Of a DNA stretch of 64,000 nucleotides, positions 20,770 through 30,235 are shown piece after piece. Under the pieces are notes generated by a model. It worked only from the letters and a program-made list of their open reading frames with translations, did no database searches and was not told the DNA's origin. The translations under genes were made by a program, and so were the position numbers. Position 1 is the stretch's first letter; each line of letters opens with the position of its first letter. The DNA lies in assembly GCA_963737065.1 (NCBI GenBank), contig CAVTRC010000001.1, positions 1,504,001 through 1,568,000 on the forward strand, written 5' to 3'. The stretch comes from Candidatus Eremiobacteria bacterium. GTDB lineage: Bacteria; Vulcanimicrobiota; Vulcanimicrobiia; Vulcanimicrobiales; Vulcanimicrobiaceae.

Positions 20770-21894
20770 ATGAGATACTTCTTTTCGAGCGGCGAAGCCT
20801 CAGGCGAGCTAAGTGCAGTGTTGCTCGCCGACGCGATCGCAACCGTCGATCCCGAGGCGCAATTCGAGGGGATCGGTGCAGAACGGATGCGGGAACGCGA
20901 TTTCAATCTGTGGCGCGACCATACCGGGTGGGCGAGTATGGGACCGATCGCGGCGCTTCCGCGAATTCCGAAGTTGCTCAACGCCATGTGGCAAACAGCG
21001 CACCACATCGCCGAAGAGAAACCGGATCTCGTCGTGCTCGTGGACTTCGGCGTGTTCAACATGCGATTGGCGAAAGAGCTGCGCACGAAACACGACTATC
21101 AGGGCCCGATCATGGATCTCTTTCCGCCCGCGACCTGGCTCGACAAAGAGAAAGTCGCCCGCGCCGTTGCGTCGTGGACGGTGCCGGTGACCGCGTTCGC
21201 GCATCAGTACGAGTTTTATAAGCGCCATCGGCTGCCGATCATGTTTTTCGGGCATCCGCTGGCCGGCCGGTACGTGACGCGCGAGGCACGCGCCGCGCCC
21301 GCGAGCGATAACGGCACCGTAGCGCTCTTGCCGGGAAGCCGCGGCACCGAGATGCGGTATCACGTTCCCGCGTTGATTGGTGCGCTCAATGCGTTGCGCG
21401 AACGCCGTCCGCATATGCAGGCAATCTTCGGAGCGGCAAACGACGCATCCGAGCGCGCGATCGCGCGCGCCGTCAAAGACGCGGAACTCGATAACGCCCG
21501 CATCGTGCGCGGGTTGCCGGAAGCGCTGCGCGAGGCCGATGCGGCGTTCGTTGCGTCGGGAACAGCGGTGTTGGAAACGATTCTGCTCGGTGTGCCGGCC
21601 GTTGCGTTGTACATCATCGCACCGTATCTCGTGCATCATGCGCGACGCGTGTATTCCGGCAAATATATTACGCTGCCGAACCTCGTGCTCGGGCGTGAAC
21701 TCGTTCCCGAATTGCTGCAAGACGAGGCAACGCCGGAGCGATTGGCGGAGGCCATGGATCGATTGCTCGACGATCCCTCCGCGCAGTACCGGCATATCGG
21801 TGAAGTGCGCGCTGCGCTCGGCTCGCCGACGGCGCTCGACGACTGCGCGCGATTTGCGGTTGCGCTTGCGAAAGCCGGGCAGCAGCACGCGTGA
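20770..21894 (+). CDS. lpxB: Lipid-A-disaccharide synthase
   Basis: SGEASGE, VDFGVFN, FGHPL, LLPGSRGTE, ASGTAVLE, LPNL, PELLQ. Confidence 0.93.
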   Translation: MRYFFSSGEASGELSAVLLADAIATVDPEAQFEGIGAERMRERDFNLWRDHTGWASMGPIAALPRIPKLLNAMWQTAHHIAEEKPDLVVLVDFGVFNMRLAKELRTKHDYQGPIMDLFPPATWLDKEKVARAVASWTVPVTAFAHQYEFYKRHRLPIMFFGHPLAGRYVTREARAAPASDNGTVALLPGSRGTEMRYHVPALIGALNALRERRPHMQAIFGAANDASERAIARAVKDAELDNARIVRGLPEALREADAAFVASGTAVLETILLGVPAVALYIIAPYLVHHARRVYSGKYITLPNLVLGRELVPELLQDEATPERLAEAMDRLLDDPSAQYRHIGEVRAALGSPTALDDCARFAVALAKAGQQHA

Positions 21895-22682
21895 TCCGGT
21901 TCTATCACACCTCGGATCTGCACGATCATCGCGGCTTTGTGCCGCGCTTGCGCGCATTGCGTGACGAGCGCCCGGGCTTCTACTTCGATTGCGGCGATTC
22001 GCTGCGCGGCAGTCAAACCGTCTATCACCGAAACGAACCGGTCATCGGTGAACTCGATGCCGCGGGCGTCGATGCGCAAGCGATCGGCAATCGCGAGTTT
22101 CACTATCTCTATTCGTTGCTCAGCGCGCGCGCCTCGAAGATGCAGCACCCACTGGTGTGCACGAACCTGCTCGACACGAAGAACCGCGCGCTGCCGTTTA
22201 CCCCTTCTGTCATCCTGAGCTTGTCGAAGGATCGGCTCAATTCAATCGCGCGTAACAATCCTTCGACTGCACTTCGTTCCGCTCAGGATGACACGCGGAT
22301 CCACATCCTTGGGCTACTGATCATGCAGTATCCGGTTGGAAGTCCATACGAGCGAGTCTTCGGGTGGCGATTTCTCGATCCGTGGGATGCGGTCGCGCCG
22401 TACGCGGCGCAGGTTCCGGACGGCGATATGCTGCTCGTCCTCTCGCATGTGGGATTATCACTCGACCGCAAACTCGCAGAGCGTGTGCCGCGCATCGACC
22501 TGATTCTCGGCGGCCACAGCCACGACACATTGTTCGCGCCCGAAGAAGTCAACGGCGTTCCGATCGTGCACGCGGGCCCGTACGGTCAGTACGTTTCTCG
22601 CACGGAACTCGAATATTCGAACCCAAAACGCCGCTTCGCACTTCGCTCGTGCGAGTTGCTGCCGCTGCTCGGGCCTCCATAG
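21891..22682 (+). CDS. Calcineurin-like metallophosphoesterase (5'-nucleotidase N-domain type); candidate UDP-2,3-diacylglucosamine hydrolase
   Basis: TSDLH, DCGDS, IGNRE, LSHVG, GGHSH motifs; no signal peptide; start overlaps lpxB stop. Confidence 0.85.
   Translation: MIRFYHTSDLHDHRGFVPRLRALRDERPGFYFDCGDSLRGSQTVYHRNEPVIGELDAAGVDAQAIGNREFHYLYSLLSARASKMQHPLVCTNLLDTKNRALPFTPSVILSLSKDRLNSIARNNPSTALRSAQDDTRIHILGLLIMQYPVGSPYERVFGWRFLDPWDAVAPYAAQVPDGDMLLVLSHVGLSLDRKLAERVPRIDLILGGHSHDTLFAPEEVNGVPIVHAGPYGQYVSRTELEYSNPKRRFALRSCELLPLLGPP
22208..22293. repeat. Inverted pair of palindromic repeats in-frame in the metallophosphoesterase
   Basis: TGTCATCCTGAGCTTGTCGAAGGA ... TCCTTCGACTGCACTTCGTTCCGCTCAGGATGACA, read as VILSLSKD..PSTALRSAQDD. 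Confidence 0.9.
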
Positions 22683-22692
22683 GGCGAGCTAC

Positions 22693-23847
22693 GTGCGTCT
22701 GCTGTTCGTGTCGAACGGGTACGGCGAAATTGCGATCGCGGATCGCATCGCGGAAGAAATAACACGCCTCGAGCCCGGCACGCAGATCGATCACGTCGCG
22801 CTCGTTGGGGAAAGCCGCGCGCGTTTCATGAACGACGTTGGCCCTCGCCGTACGATGCCGAGCGGCGGCCTCATCGCAATGGCCAACGTACGCAACATCG
22901 CACGCGACGTGCGCGGCGGACTGATCGCCTTGACGCTCGCCCAGCGAAGGTTTTTGAAACACGCGCGCGGCCGTTACGATGGTGCGGCCGCGATCGGCGA
23001 TGTCTTTGCGCTTCTGATGACGCTCGCTGCGCACGCGCCGACGACGTACGTAGGAACCGCGAAGAGCGTGCTGGTCGCACCGTATGGGCCGATGGAACGG
23101 CGCACGATCAAGCGCGCGCGCAATATCTTCGTGCGCGATGATGCAACCGCAGCGGACCTGCGACGCCACCACGTCGACGCTATCGCACCCGGCAACGTCA
23201 TCGTCGACCTGTTCGCGGTCGACGACGACCCGCGCGCCGATGAAGCAGTGGCGCGGTTCAAACCGGCGCTGGCGATCTTTCCCGGGAGCCGCGAGAGCGC
23301 ATATGACGACGGCGAATTTCTACTGCGCGTCATCGCGCGCTGCGCGCAGCAACGTCGCGAACTCGGCGCGGTGTTCTCGGTTGCACCAATGCTCGACGCG
23401 AAACGGTTCGCCGCAGTCGCGCGCGATGCGGGTTTCGACGTGCGCGAGCGCAACGACGAACGCATGCCGTTTGAAGCGTTGCTCGGCGAGCGCGTTGTCG
23501 TGCGCGCGTGGCGCGGAGAAATCGGCGTCTTGTTGCGCCGCGTCGAACTCGTTATCGGGCAAGCGGGTACGGCGAATGAAGCCGCGGCCGCCGCGGGCAT
23601 TCCCGTGATGGCATTCGAACTCGCGGCCGATCGCAAGACGCAGTGGTATCGCATGCGCCAGCAGGGGTTGCTCGGCGAAGCATTGACGGTTCTACCGGCG
23701 GATGTCGAGGTTGCATCGAACGGCGTGCTGCATCTGCTCGAGAACGAGTCGCAACGTGCAGCGATGCGCGCGGTGGGACGCGCGCGAATGGGTCCGCCGG
23801 GCGGCGCCGCCGCAATTGCGCGCGCGATCGTGGGGACGCGCTCGTGA
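22693..23847 (+). CDS. Lipid-A-disaccharide synthase-related GT-B protein (cyanobacterial TIGR03492-like)
   Basis: LFVSNGYGE, MPSGG, VGTAKS, FPGSRE, GQAGTANE pattern; LpxB-like. Confidence 0.75.
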   Translation: MRLLFVSNGYGEIAIADRIAEEITRLEPGTQIDHVALVGESRARFMNDVGPRRTMPSGGLIAMANVRNIARDVRGGLIALTLAQRRFLKHARGRYDGAAAIGDVFALLMTLAAHAPTTYVGTAKSVLVAPYGPMERRTIKRARNIFVRDDATAADLRRHHVDAIAPGNVIVDLFAVDDDPRADEAVARFKPALAIFPGSRESAYDDGEFLLRVIARCAQQRRELGAVFSVAPMLDAKRFAAVARDAGFDVRERNDERMPFEALLGERVVVRAWRGEIGVLLRRVELVIGQAGTANEAAAAAGIPVMAFELAADRKTQWYRMRQQGLLGEALTVLPADVEVASNGVLHLLENESQRAAMRAVGRARMGPPGGAAAIARAIVGTRS

Positions 23848-25058
23848 TACACCGCTGGAACGCATTCGCACCGGTTGGGCTCGCGATCGCGTTCGCATGC
23901 GTGCCGCTCTTTCCGTCGTTCATCACGCTGACGAACGTGCAATTTCCCGGCGTGTCCGTGGTGCCGCTGCCGGCGGCGCTCGTGGTGCTTGCGCTCATGG
24001 GCGTCCTTGCCGTTTGGGGAGTGCCCGCGTTGTTCGTTGCGCCGCACACCGATGTGCCGCTTGCGCGACCGCTCATCGCGTGGTTCTTTGCCGGAATCAT
24101 CAGCGGAATTCTCGGGCTCAATCCGCACGACGGCGCGGTTTTCATCGGCATCTTCGGGCTCTCGCTCATTTGGCACGCCGTTCTCATGCGGTATTACGAC
24201 GCGCCGTACGCCGCGCGCGCGATCTATTGGTCGTACGTCCTTTCTGCGATTCTCGCATGCGGTGCGGCGATCGTGATGCTCACGACGCGCGTTCCCGCGA
24301 GCCTGTATTCGGTTGCAAACGGCCGCGCGGTCGGAACATTCGTCTTGCCGGGCGAACTCGCCGGGTACGCGATCGTATTGTTGCCGATCAGTTATGCGCT
24401 CGCGCGGATCGCGAAAGAACGCGCGCTGCGTATTGCCGCAACCATCGCGCTCCTCGCCGGCGCGCTCGCAATCGTCCTGACGTTCTCGCGTACGGGATGG
24501 ATCGGCCTTGCGTGCGCGATCGCATTTTTCGTGGCGCTGCAGTCACAACGGCAGCGGCGCGGCGTTGCGGTTGCGGCCGCCGTAGTGCTTGCAGGGCTCG
24601 CGATCGTCTTGCTGCTCTTCAACGAGCGTCACAACCCGAGCGAAAACTATACGCGCATTTCGATTTGGCAGGCTGCGCTCGGCGCGATCGATCGCTTCCC
24701 GTTGACGGGGGTCGGGCCGTTCGGCTTTTCACATCTCTATCCGCTCGTGCGCCTGCCGGACGGCGACGAAACCGCGTTCCACGCGCACAGCCTCTATCTC
24801 ACGTTCTTCGCGGAACTGGGCATCGTCGGATTCTCGGCATTTCTGTGGACGCTCTGGGAATTTGCTGCAGAGATGAACCGCCGGCTGCGCGCGGCGTCGG
24901 CGGATGCGCGCATGCTCGGACTTGCAATAGCGGCGGGACTTGTGGGAACGCTCGTGCAAGGGCTGATCGATACCGTGAGCGTGATTATCTTCGGCTTGCT
25001 GCTTCCCATGCTCGCGCTGGCGCTCGCCGCCGCGCGCTCCGGCACCGTTGACGCATGA
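23844..25058 (+). CDS. O-antigen ligase family membrane protein
   Basis: Multi-TM; TFSRTGW, R..IW, P.TGVG, HAHSLYL..AELGIVG. Confidence 0.88.
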   Translation: MIHRWNAFAPVGLAIAFACVPLFPSFITLTNVQFPGVSVVPLPAALVVLALMGVLAVWGVPALFVAPHTDVPLARPLIAWFFAGIISGILGLNPHDGAVFIGIFGLSLIWHAVLMRYYDAPYAARAIYWSYVLSAILACGAAIVMLTTRVPASLYSVANGRAVGTFVLPGELAGYAIVLLPISYALARIAKERALRIAATIALLAGALAIVLTFSRTGWIGLACAIAFFVALQSQRQRRGVAVAAAVVLAGLAIVLLLFNERHNPSENYTRISIWQAALGAIDRFPLTGVGPFGFSHLYPLVRLPDGDETAFHAHSLYLTFFAELGIVGFSAFLWTLWEFAAEMNRRLRAASADARMLGLAIAAGLVGTLVQGLIDTVSVIIFGLLLPMLALALAAARSGTVDA

Positions 25059-25600
25059 CGCGCCGCGCGTTCGCGGCCGGTGCGCTGATCGCGCTTGCAG
25101 CCTGCAATCCGAAATCGCCGAACGGCGGGGTCTCTCCGACGCCGAGCTTGAGCCCGGGCGCGACACCGAGTCCGGTTTCCTTGCGCATCAGCGGCCATGG
25201 GACCGAGAAGCGCCCGGTGCGTTTCATCGAAACAAAGGCGAATCGCAAACAATTCGAGATCCTCACGCGTTCGTTTCAGAGCAAAGGCGCGGCGGGTACG
25301 GCAACGCTCTTGTATAACGACGTGAAGATCAACTTTTTCGGAAAAGATGGGTCGCAGCTGACCTCGACGGCACCGCATGCTACGGTCGATCAGCGGACGA
25401 ATCTGCTTGTCATGACGGGCGGCGTCCACGCGCACAACAACGACGGAATGACGCTGCAATGCGACACGCTCACCTACGACCGTTCAACGGAAATGGTGCA
25501 CGGTGACGGGAACGTCGTGATCACCAATCCCAACGGCTTCCGTGGAACCGGAAACCACGTGGACTCGAATATCGCTCTCACCGACGCAACTATGCAATGA
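25055..25600 (+). CDS. lptC: LptC/LptA-like LPS transport beta-jellyroll protein (lipoprotein signal)
   Basis: ALAAC lipobox; LTSTA..MTGGV..LQCDTLTY..GNVVI; directly upstream of lptB. Confidence 0.78.
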   Translation: MTRRAFAAGALIALAACNPKSPNGGVSPTPSLSPGATPSPVSLRISGHGTEKRPVRFIETKANRKQFEILTRSFQSKGAAGTATLLYNDVKINFFGKDGSQLTSTAPHATVDQRTNLLVMTGGVHAHNNDGMTLQCDTLTYDRSTEMVHGDGNVVITNPNGFRGTGNHVDSNIALTDATMQ

Positions 25601-26343
25601 ACGACAACGAACGCACGATAAAAATCCGCGGACTGGTCAAAAACTACGGCGAACGCACCGTGGTTGCCGGCGTGACGGCCGAAGTCCATCAAGGCGAAGT
25701 GGTGGGACTGCTCGGGCCGAACGGCGCGGGCAAAACCACGACGTTCTACATGGTCGTGGGACTCGTCAAACCCGACGGCGGAACGGTGTTGCTCGATGTC
25801 GGTGAACAGGAGATCGAACTTTCCGGACGCCCGATGTACGAACGCGCGCGCAACGGCATCGGCTACCTCGCCCAAGAGAACTCGATCTTCCGCAAACTTT
25901 CCGTCGAAGACAATATTCGCTTGATCTGGGAACAGAACGGCGTGTCGCGCCGCGAGCAAAATGAACGCTTGCCGTCGCTGCTCGAAGAGTTCGGATTGCG
26001 CGCGCGCATCCACTCGCGCGGCGACAGCTTGTCCGGAGGCGAACGGCGCCGCGTTGAGATCGCGCGCGCGATCGCAATGGAGCCGTCGTTCTTGCTACTC
26101 GACGAACCGTTCACCGGCATCGACCCTATCGCCGTCTCGGACATTCAAGCGATGATCCGCCAATTGCGCGATCGCGGCATCGGCATCCTCATCACCGATC
26201 ACCAAGTTCGAGAAACGCTCGCGATCGTCGACCGTGCGTACATTATGAACAACGGCCGCATCGAAGTTTCCGGAACCGCGCAAGAGGTGCTCGACTCCGC
26301 GATCGCGCGGAAGTTTTATCTCGGCGAAGGATTCCGCCTATAG
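25597..26343 (+). CDS. lptB: LPS export ABC ATPase
   Basis: GPNGAGKTTTFY, YLAQENSIFRKL, LSGGERRRVEIAR, FYLGEGFRL. Confidence 0.97.
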   Translation: MNDNERTIKIRGLVKNYGERTVVAGVTAEVHQGEVVGLLGPNGAGKTTTFYMVVGLVKPDGGTVLLDVGEQEIELSGRPMYERARNGIGYLAQENSIFRKLSVEDNIRLIWEQNGVSRREQNERLPSLLEEFGLRARIHSRGDSLSGGERRRVEIARAIAMEPSFLLLDEPFTGIDPIAVSDIQAMIRQLRDRGIGILITDHQVRETLAIVDRAYIMNNGRIEVSGTAQEVLDSAIARKFYLGEGFRL

Positions 26344-26476
26344 TGACGCCCTCGGTACGTCGCGCGACATGCCCGCCGGTTCTTTTTCGCCTGATGCTTC
26401 GTTGCTCATCGGTCACAACGCTACGGCGTTGCTTCCTCTTCGCGCCTCGCCCCGACGAAAAAGCCCTCGTCGGATC

Positions 26477-27637
26477 ATGTCACGAGACGTATCGAGGGCG
26501 CCACTAGTGGGATTGGTGCGCGCGTTACGGCCCTTGCGCTTCACGATCCTCGACCGGTACATGATCTCGGAGCTTTCGGGTCCGTTTACGTTTGGGTTCG
26601 CGGCGTTCACGTTGATTTTCGCGGCAACGCAGTTGCTCGCCATCGGACGGTTGGTGTCGACGGAGCATGCGCCGTTGTGGGCGGCGACGCAAGTGTTTTT
26701 GTGGTCGCTGCCGTCGTACATGTCGATCGTCATTCCGATGGCCTTGTTGCTCGGGACACTGCTTGCGATTCAGCGTCTCTCGGGCGAGAGCGAGATCGTG
26801 GCGATGAAAGCGGGCGGGATCAGCTTTTGGCGCATGACGCTCCCGCTGCTGATTTCGGGGCTCGTCATGTCGGCGGTCACGTTCGTCGTACAAGAACGTC
26901 TCGCGCCCTATGCCGCCGACCGCGTCGCTTCGATTGAAAACAACACGATTCTGCACACGAACGTCTTCAATCGCGACGTGACGGTCTCGGCGCCGCTGCC
27001 GGGCGGCGGACGGCAAGAAACGATTGCAACGTCGCTCGATCCGCGCACGCAAGCGTTGCTGCACGTCACGCTGATACAGTACGACCGCAACAGCGCACCG
27101 ACGCAAATCGTGTTTGCCGAGCGCGCGAACTTCTCGCAATCGAAATGGGTGCTCGAGAACGCGAGCTTCTACCGGTTCAATCCCGACGGGACGCTCTTAG
27201 CCGAACCGAAGGTTGCGGAGCAGCAGGTTGAACTCGGCGAGAACCCGGCGCAGATCGTCAACCGGATTCAGATGAGCGATCCCGAGCAGATGAGCCGCAA
27301 GCAAATCCGCACGATCGTGCAGTCGGGGCAACTCACGCAGCTCGAATTGCGCAAATACGTCACGACGTATCAGGAGAAGCTCGCGCAGCCGTTTGCTTGT
27401 TTCGTCTTCGTGCTGATCGCGATCCCGTACGGCATGCGCGCCGCGCGCAGCGGCGGCGGTACGAGCGTCGGCTTCGGCGTTGCCGTCGCCATCGTGTTCA
27501 TCTATTACATCGTGACCGTGGTGTTTTCGTATGTCTCCGAAGCGTTTCTGTCGCTCGCCGGGCTTTGGGCCTGGATGCCTAACGTGATCTTTACAATCGT
27601 CGGCCTGCTGCGACTTCGGCGAGCCTCGCAGGTATAG
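26477..27637 (+). CDS. LptF/LptG family permease
   Basis: ILDRY, LSGESEIVAMKAGGIS, AWMPN; 3+3 TM layout. Confidence 0.92.
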   Translation: MSRDVSRAPLVGLVRALRPLRFTILDRYMISELSGPFTFGFAAFTLIFAATQLLAIGRLVSTEHAPLWAATQVFLWSLPSYMSIVIPMALLLGTLLAIQRLSGESEIVAMKAGGISFWRMTLPLLISGLVMSAVTFVVQERLAPYAADRVASIENNTILHTNVFNRDVTVSAPLPGGGRQETIATSLDPRTQALLHVTLIQYDRNSAPTQIVFAERANFSQSKWVLENASFYRFNPDGTLLAEPKVAEQQVELGENPAQIVNRIQMSDPEQMSRKQIRTIVQSGQLTQLELRKYVTTYQEKLAQPFACFVFVLIAIPYGMRAARSGGGTSVGFGVAVAIVFIYYIVTVVFSYVSEAFLSLAGLWAWMPNVIFTIVGLLRLRRASQV

Positions 27638-27643
27638 CGTAGT

Positions 27644-28588
27644 ATGGTTGCCGACATCGTCCGCGGTACGCTCACGATTCTGATCATTATGATCGTGTCG
27701 GGCGTTATCGCGTACGTCGGCGATCGCGTCGGCCATCAAGTCGGCCGCAAGCGCTTGACGCTCTTCGGCATTCGTCCCCGCTACACGTCGACGATCGTGG
27801 CCGTCGGCACCGGCATGTTCATCGCATTGCTCGCGATGCTGATTGCGATCATCTGGTCGCAACAAGTGAAGACCGCGCTCTTCCGCATGAATCAGATCAG
27901 TCTCGAGATTTCGCAGTTGCAAGCACAGAAGAAGAATCTCGAGAGCAAAGTCAACACGGGCCAGCTGGTGGTGCGCGTCGATAGTCTCATGTTTCCGTTT
28001 TTCAAGGAAATCAAGATGGGCACGCCGGCCGACGAGCGATTGAAAGAAGTGCAAGACTTCTACCATCAAGCCGTCGTTTGGATGAATACGAACTACACGC
28101 AACTCGGATTGAAGAAATTCACGCCGCCGGCGGATTTACAGCAGAAACTCGAGCAAATCGCGGCGCAACCGAGCGTGACGGCGGTCGGCATGGATAACGA
28201 TTTACTCGTGTACATGACCGCCGATCAGAACCTCTATCGCAACGACGATATCCACTTCCAGATCAACTTGATTCCCGATTCCAAGCGCCTCAGCAAAGGT
28301 CAGAATATCGGGTACTTGCTCATTCCGGGCGGGCACAACGCGAACATCAATCTTGCGGTCGGTCAACTCATCGGAGTTGTGTCGACGGCCGCGGCTCGGT
28401 ACGGTGGATTGCCGCCGTTCGTCGTCTCGAACACACGCCTCGTGGAAGCATATCCCGCGCTTGGCGTGATGCAGCAGACGCTGGACAAGGGAAGCGGAAA
28501 CTACGCGCTCACGGCATTTGCGGCCGTTGACGTGTACCCTCATGTGGGCGGTGTGCCGATCGTCGTAACGTTGACCAAGACGAAGTGA
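27644..28588 (+). CDS. DUF3084 domain membrane protein
   Basis: GVIAYVGDRVG..VGRKRLTLFGIRPRYTS. Confidence 0.85.
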   Translation: MVADIVRGTLTILIIMIVSGVIAYVGDRVGHQVGRKRLTLFGIRPRYTSTIVAVGTGMFIALLAMLIAIIWSQQVKTALFRMNQISLEISQLQAQKKNLESKVNTGQLVVRVDSLMFPFFKEIKMGTPADERLKEVQDFYHQAVVWMNTNYTQLGLKKFTPPADLQQKLEQIAAQPSVTAVGMDNDLLVYMTADQNLYRNDDIHFQINLIPDSKRLSKGQNIGYLLIPGGHNANINLAVGQLIGVVSTAAARYGGLPPFVVSNTRLVEAYPALGVMQQTLDKGSGNYALTAFAAVDVYPHVGGVPIVVTLTKTK

Positions 28589-29004
28589 ACGGGTTCGTTC
28601 TTGGTATCGATCCCGGCACGCGCAAGGCGGGGTTTGCGATCGTCGACGGCGCGGACGGCGCGGTGATCGAGCGAGGAATCGAACCGATCGACGCGCTGCT
28701 CGCTCGCGCCAAAATACTGGTCGAGCGTCACGAAGTGGTAACGATAGCGCTTGGAGCGGGTACGAATGCTACCGCTCTGAGCGCGGCCCTGGCCCCGCTC
28801 GGAGTGCCGGTTCGACCGGTGGACGAACGGGAAACGACCCTGCGTGCTCGCTCGCTTTACTTTGCAGACAACCCGCCGCGCGGGTGGCGGCGACTCATAC
28901 CGCTTGGAATGCAAGTGCCGCCCAGACCAATCGACGATTACGCAGCGGTCCTGATCGCCCGTCGCTACCTGGCCGACGCGGGTAAGCGCAGCGATATGCT
29001 ATAA
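28585..29004 (+). CDS. YqgF/RuvX-like RNase H-fold nuclease
   Basis: LGIDPG, VDERETT, IDDYAA. Confidence 0.85.
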   Translation: MNGFVLGIDPGTRKAGFAIVDGADGAVIERGIEPIDALLARAKILVERHEVVTIALGAGTNATALSAALAPLGVPVRPVDERETTLRARSLYFADNPPRGWRRLIPLGMQVPPRPIDDYAAVLIARRYLADAGKRSDML

Positions 29005-29080
29005 CTGAAACTACCCCTCGGCGCGGTCGATAACAGGAAATACCCGCGGCGAGTGGTGTCGCGGAGTTCGGGAGGAAATC

Positions 29081-30226
29081 ATGCGTCGCGCGGTCAGCGT
29101 GCTATCGATCGGGGCCCTCGTAGGGGCGCTCTGGTCCGCTGTTGTTCCCGCTTCCGCATACCCGGCACTCGACGCTTCATCGATGTCGCTCGCGACCGAC
29201 CTCTTCAACCGATGCTTTAGCGATCCGAACACGAGCAGTGAATCACCGCTCGGCGTCTTCGCATTCAACGTTTCGCCGACGATCGTGATCGCCGCGCAGC
29301 CCGCGGTGCTCGCGATGCCGCAGCTTTCGCTCTCGCGGCTGGCGTCGATGATCGTGACCGTGCCGGCGCCGCGCGCGCCGGGGCTCACGACGACGCCCGA
29401 CGTTGCCGCCGCGGTTCGTTCCAACACGCAGCCGACGCTGACCCTCACCTCGCCGCAACTGTCATCGCCGCAACCGGTGATCGGCTACTATCAGGATCCC
29501 GCGCCCGCGCCGACGGTCGCGCCGGAATCGTTGCGTTTCGATCTGCCGAGCGGCGATCAAAACACTTCGCTGAGTTTTAGCCCCGTATTGACGTCGGCGG
29601 CCGGCTTCGCGGCGCCTGAGATCGGCGCGGATGCGAAAGGCACCGTTCCGCAGACCAATGCCAACGTTTCGCTTCCCTTGCGCGTCGGTCACGTTCATTT
29701 AGAGACGCATGCTGATGCCGGCGAAGCGCGTTCCGACGCAATTGCGTTCAAGGACACGGCGTACGGCGGCGGCGCGACGTTCGATGCGCGCATCGGCAAA
29801 CAGAAGCTCGGTCTGGATTTATCGAGCCACACCGAGCACGTGACGGTGAATCAACCGGTGTTCGATGCGGCGAGCCTCGACGGTCAGTCGAACTTCGAAC
29901 TCTCGAACAATCTTCCGGTGTTCGTGCCGGCCTATGCCGACATCAATAAGCAAACACTGTCGGCCGGTGTCGCGGTGCCGGTGAACCGGCGCTTGACGGC
30001 GAGCGTGCAAGTCAATGCGCAGCATTTGACCGGCGGCTACGGCGTGCAAGGTCTCTCGAACGTTGACGTCAACAACACGATCTACGGCGCGCGTCTGACG
30101 TATCAGTTAAAGGGCACGAGCGCGATCTCGCTCTCGGCGAATCAGTTCCACTTTCAGGACAATCTCATTCCGCTCAACACCTTCAATCAGACGAGCGCGA
30201 ACCTCAACTTCACCGTCAAGTTTTAA
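29081..30226 (+). CDS. Secreted protein, probable outer membrane beta-barrel
   Basis: Signal peptide, Pro-rich linker, amphipathic strands, terminal NLNFTVKF. Confidence 0.6.
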   Translation: MRRAVSVLSIGALVGALWSAVVPASAYPALDASSMSLATDLFNRCFSDPNTSSESPLGVFAFNVSPTIVIAAQPAVLAMPQLSLSRLASMIVTVPAPRAPGLTTTPDVAAAVRSNTQPTLTLTSPQLSSPQPVIGYYQDPAPAPTVAPESLRFDLPSGDQNTSLSFSPVLTSAAGFAAPEIGADAKGTVPQTNANVSLPLRVGHVHLETHADAGEARSDAIAFKDTAYGGGATFDARIGKQKLGLDLSSHTEHVTVNQPVFDAASLDGQSNFELSNNLPVFVPAYADINKQTLSAGVAVPVNRRLTASVQVNAQHLTGGYGVQGLSNVDVNNTIYGARLTYQLKGTSAISLSANQFHFQDNLIPLNTFNQTSANLNFTVKF

Positions 30227-30235
30227 AGGACGCGT

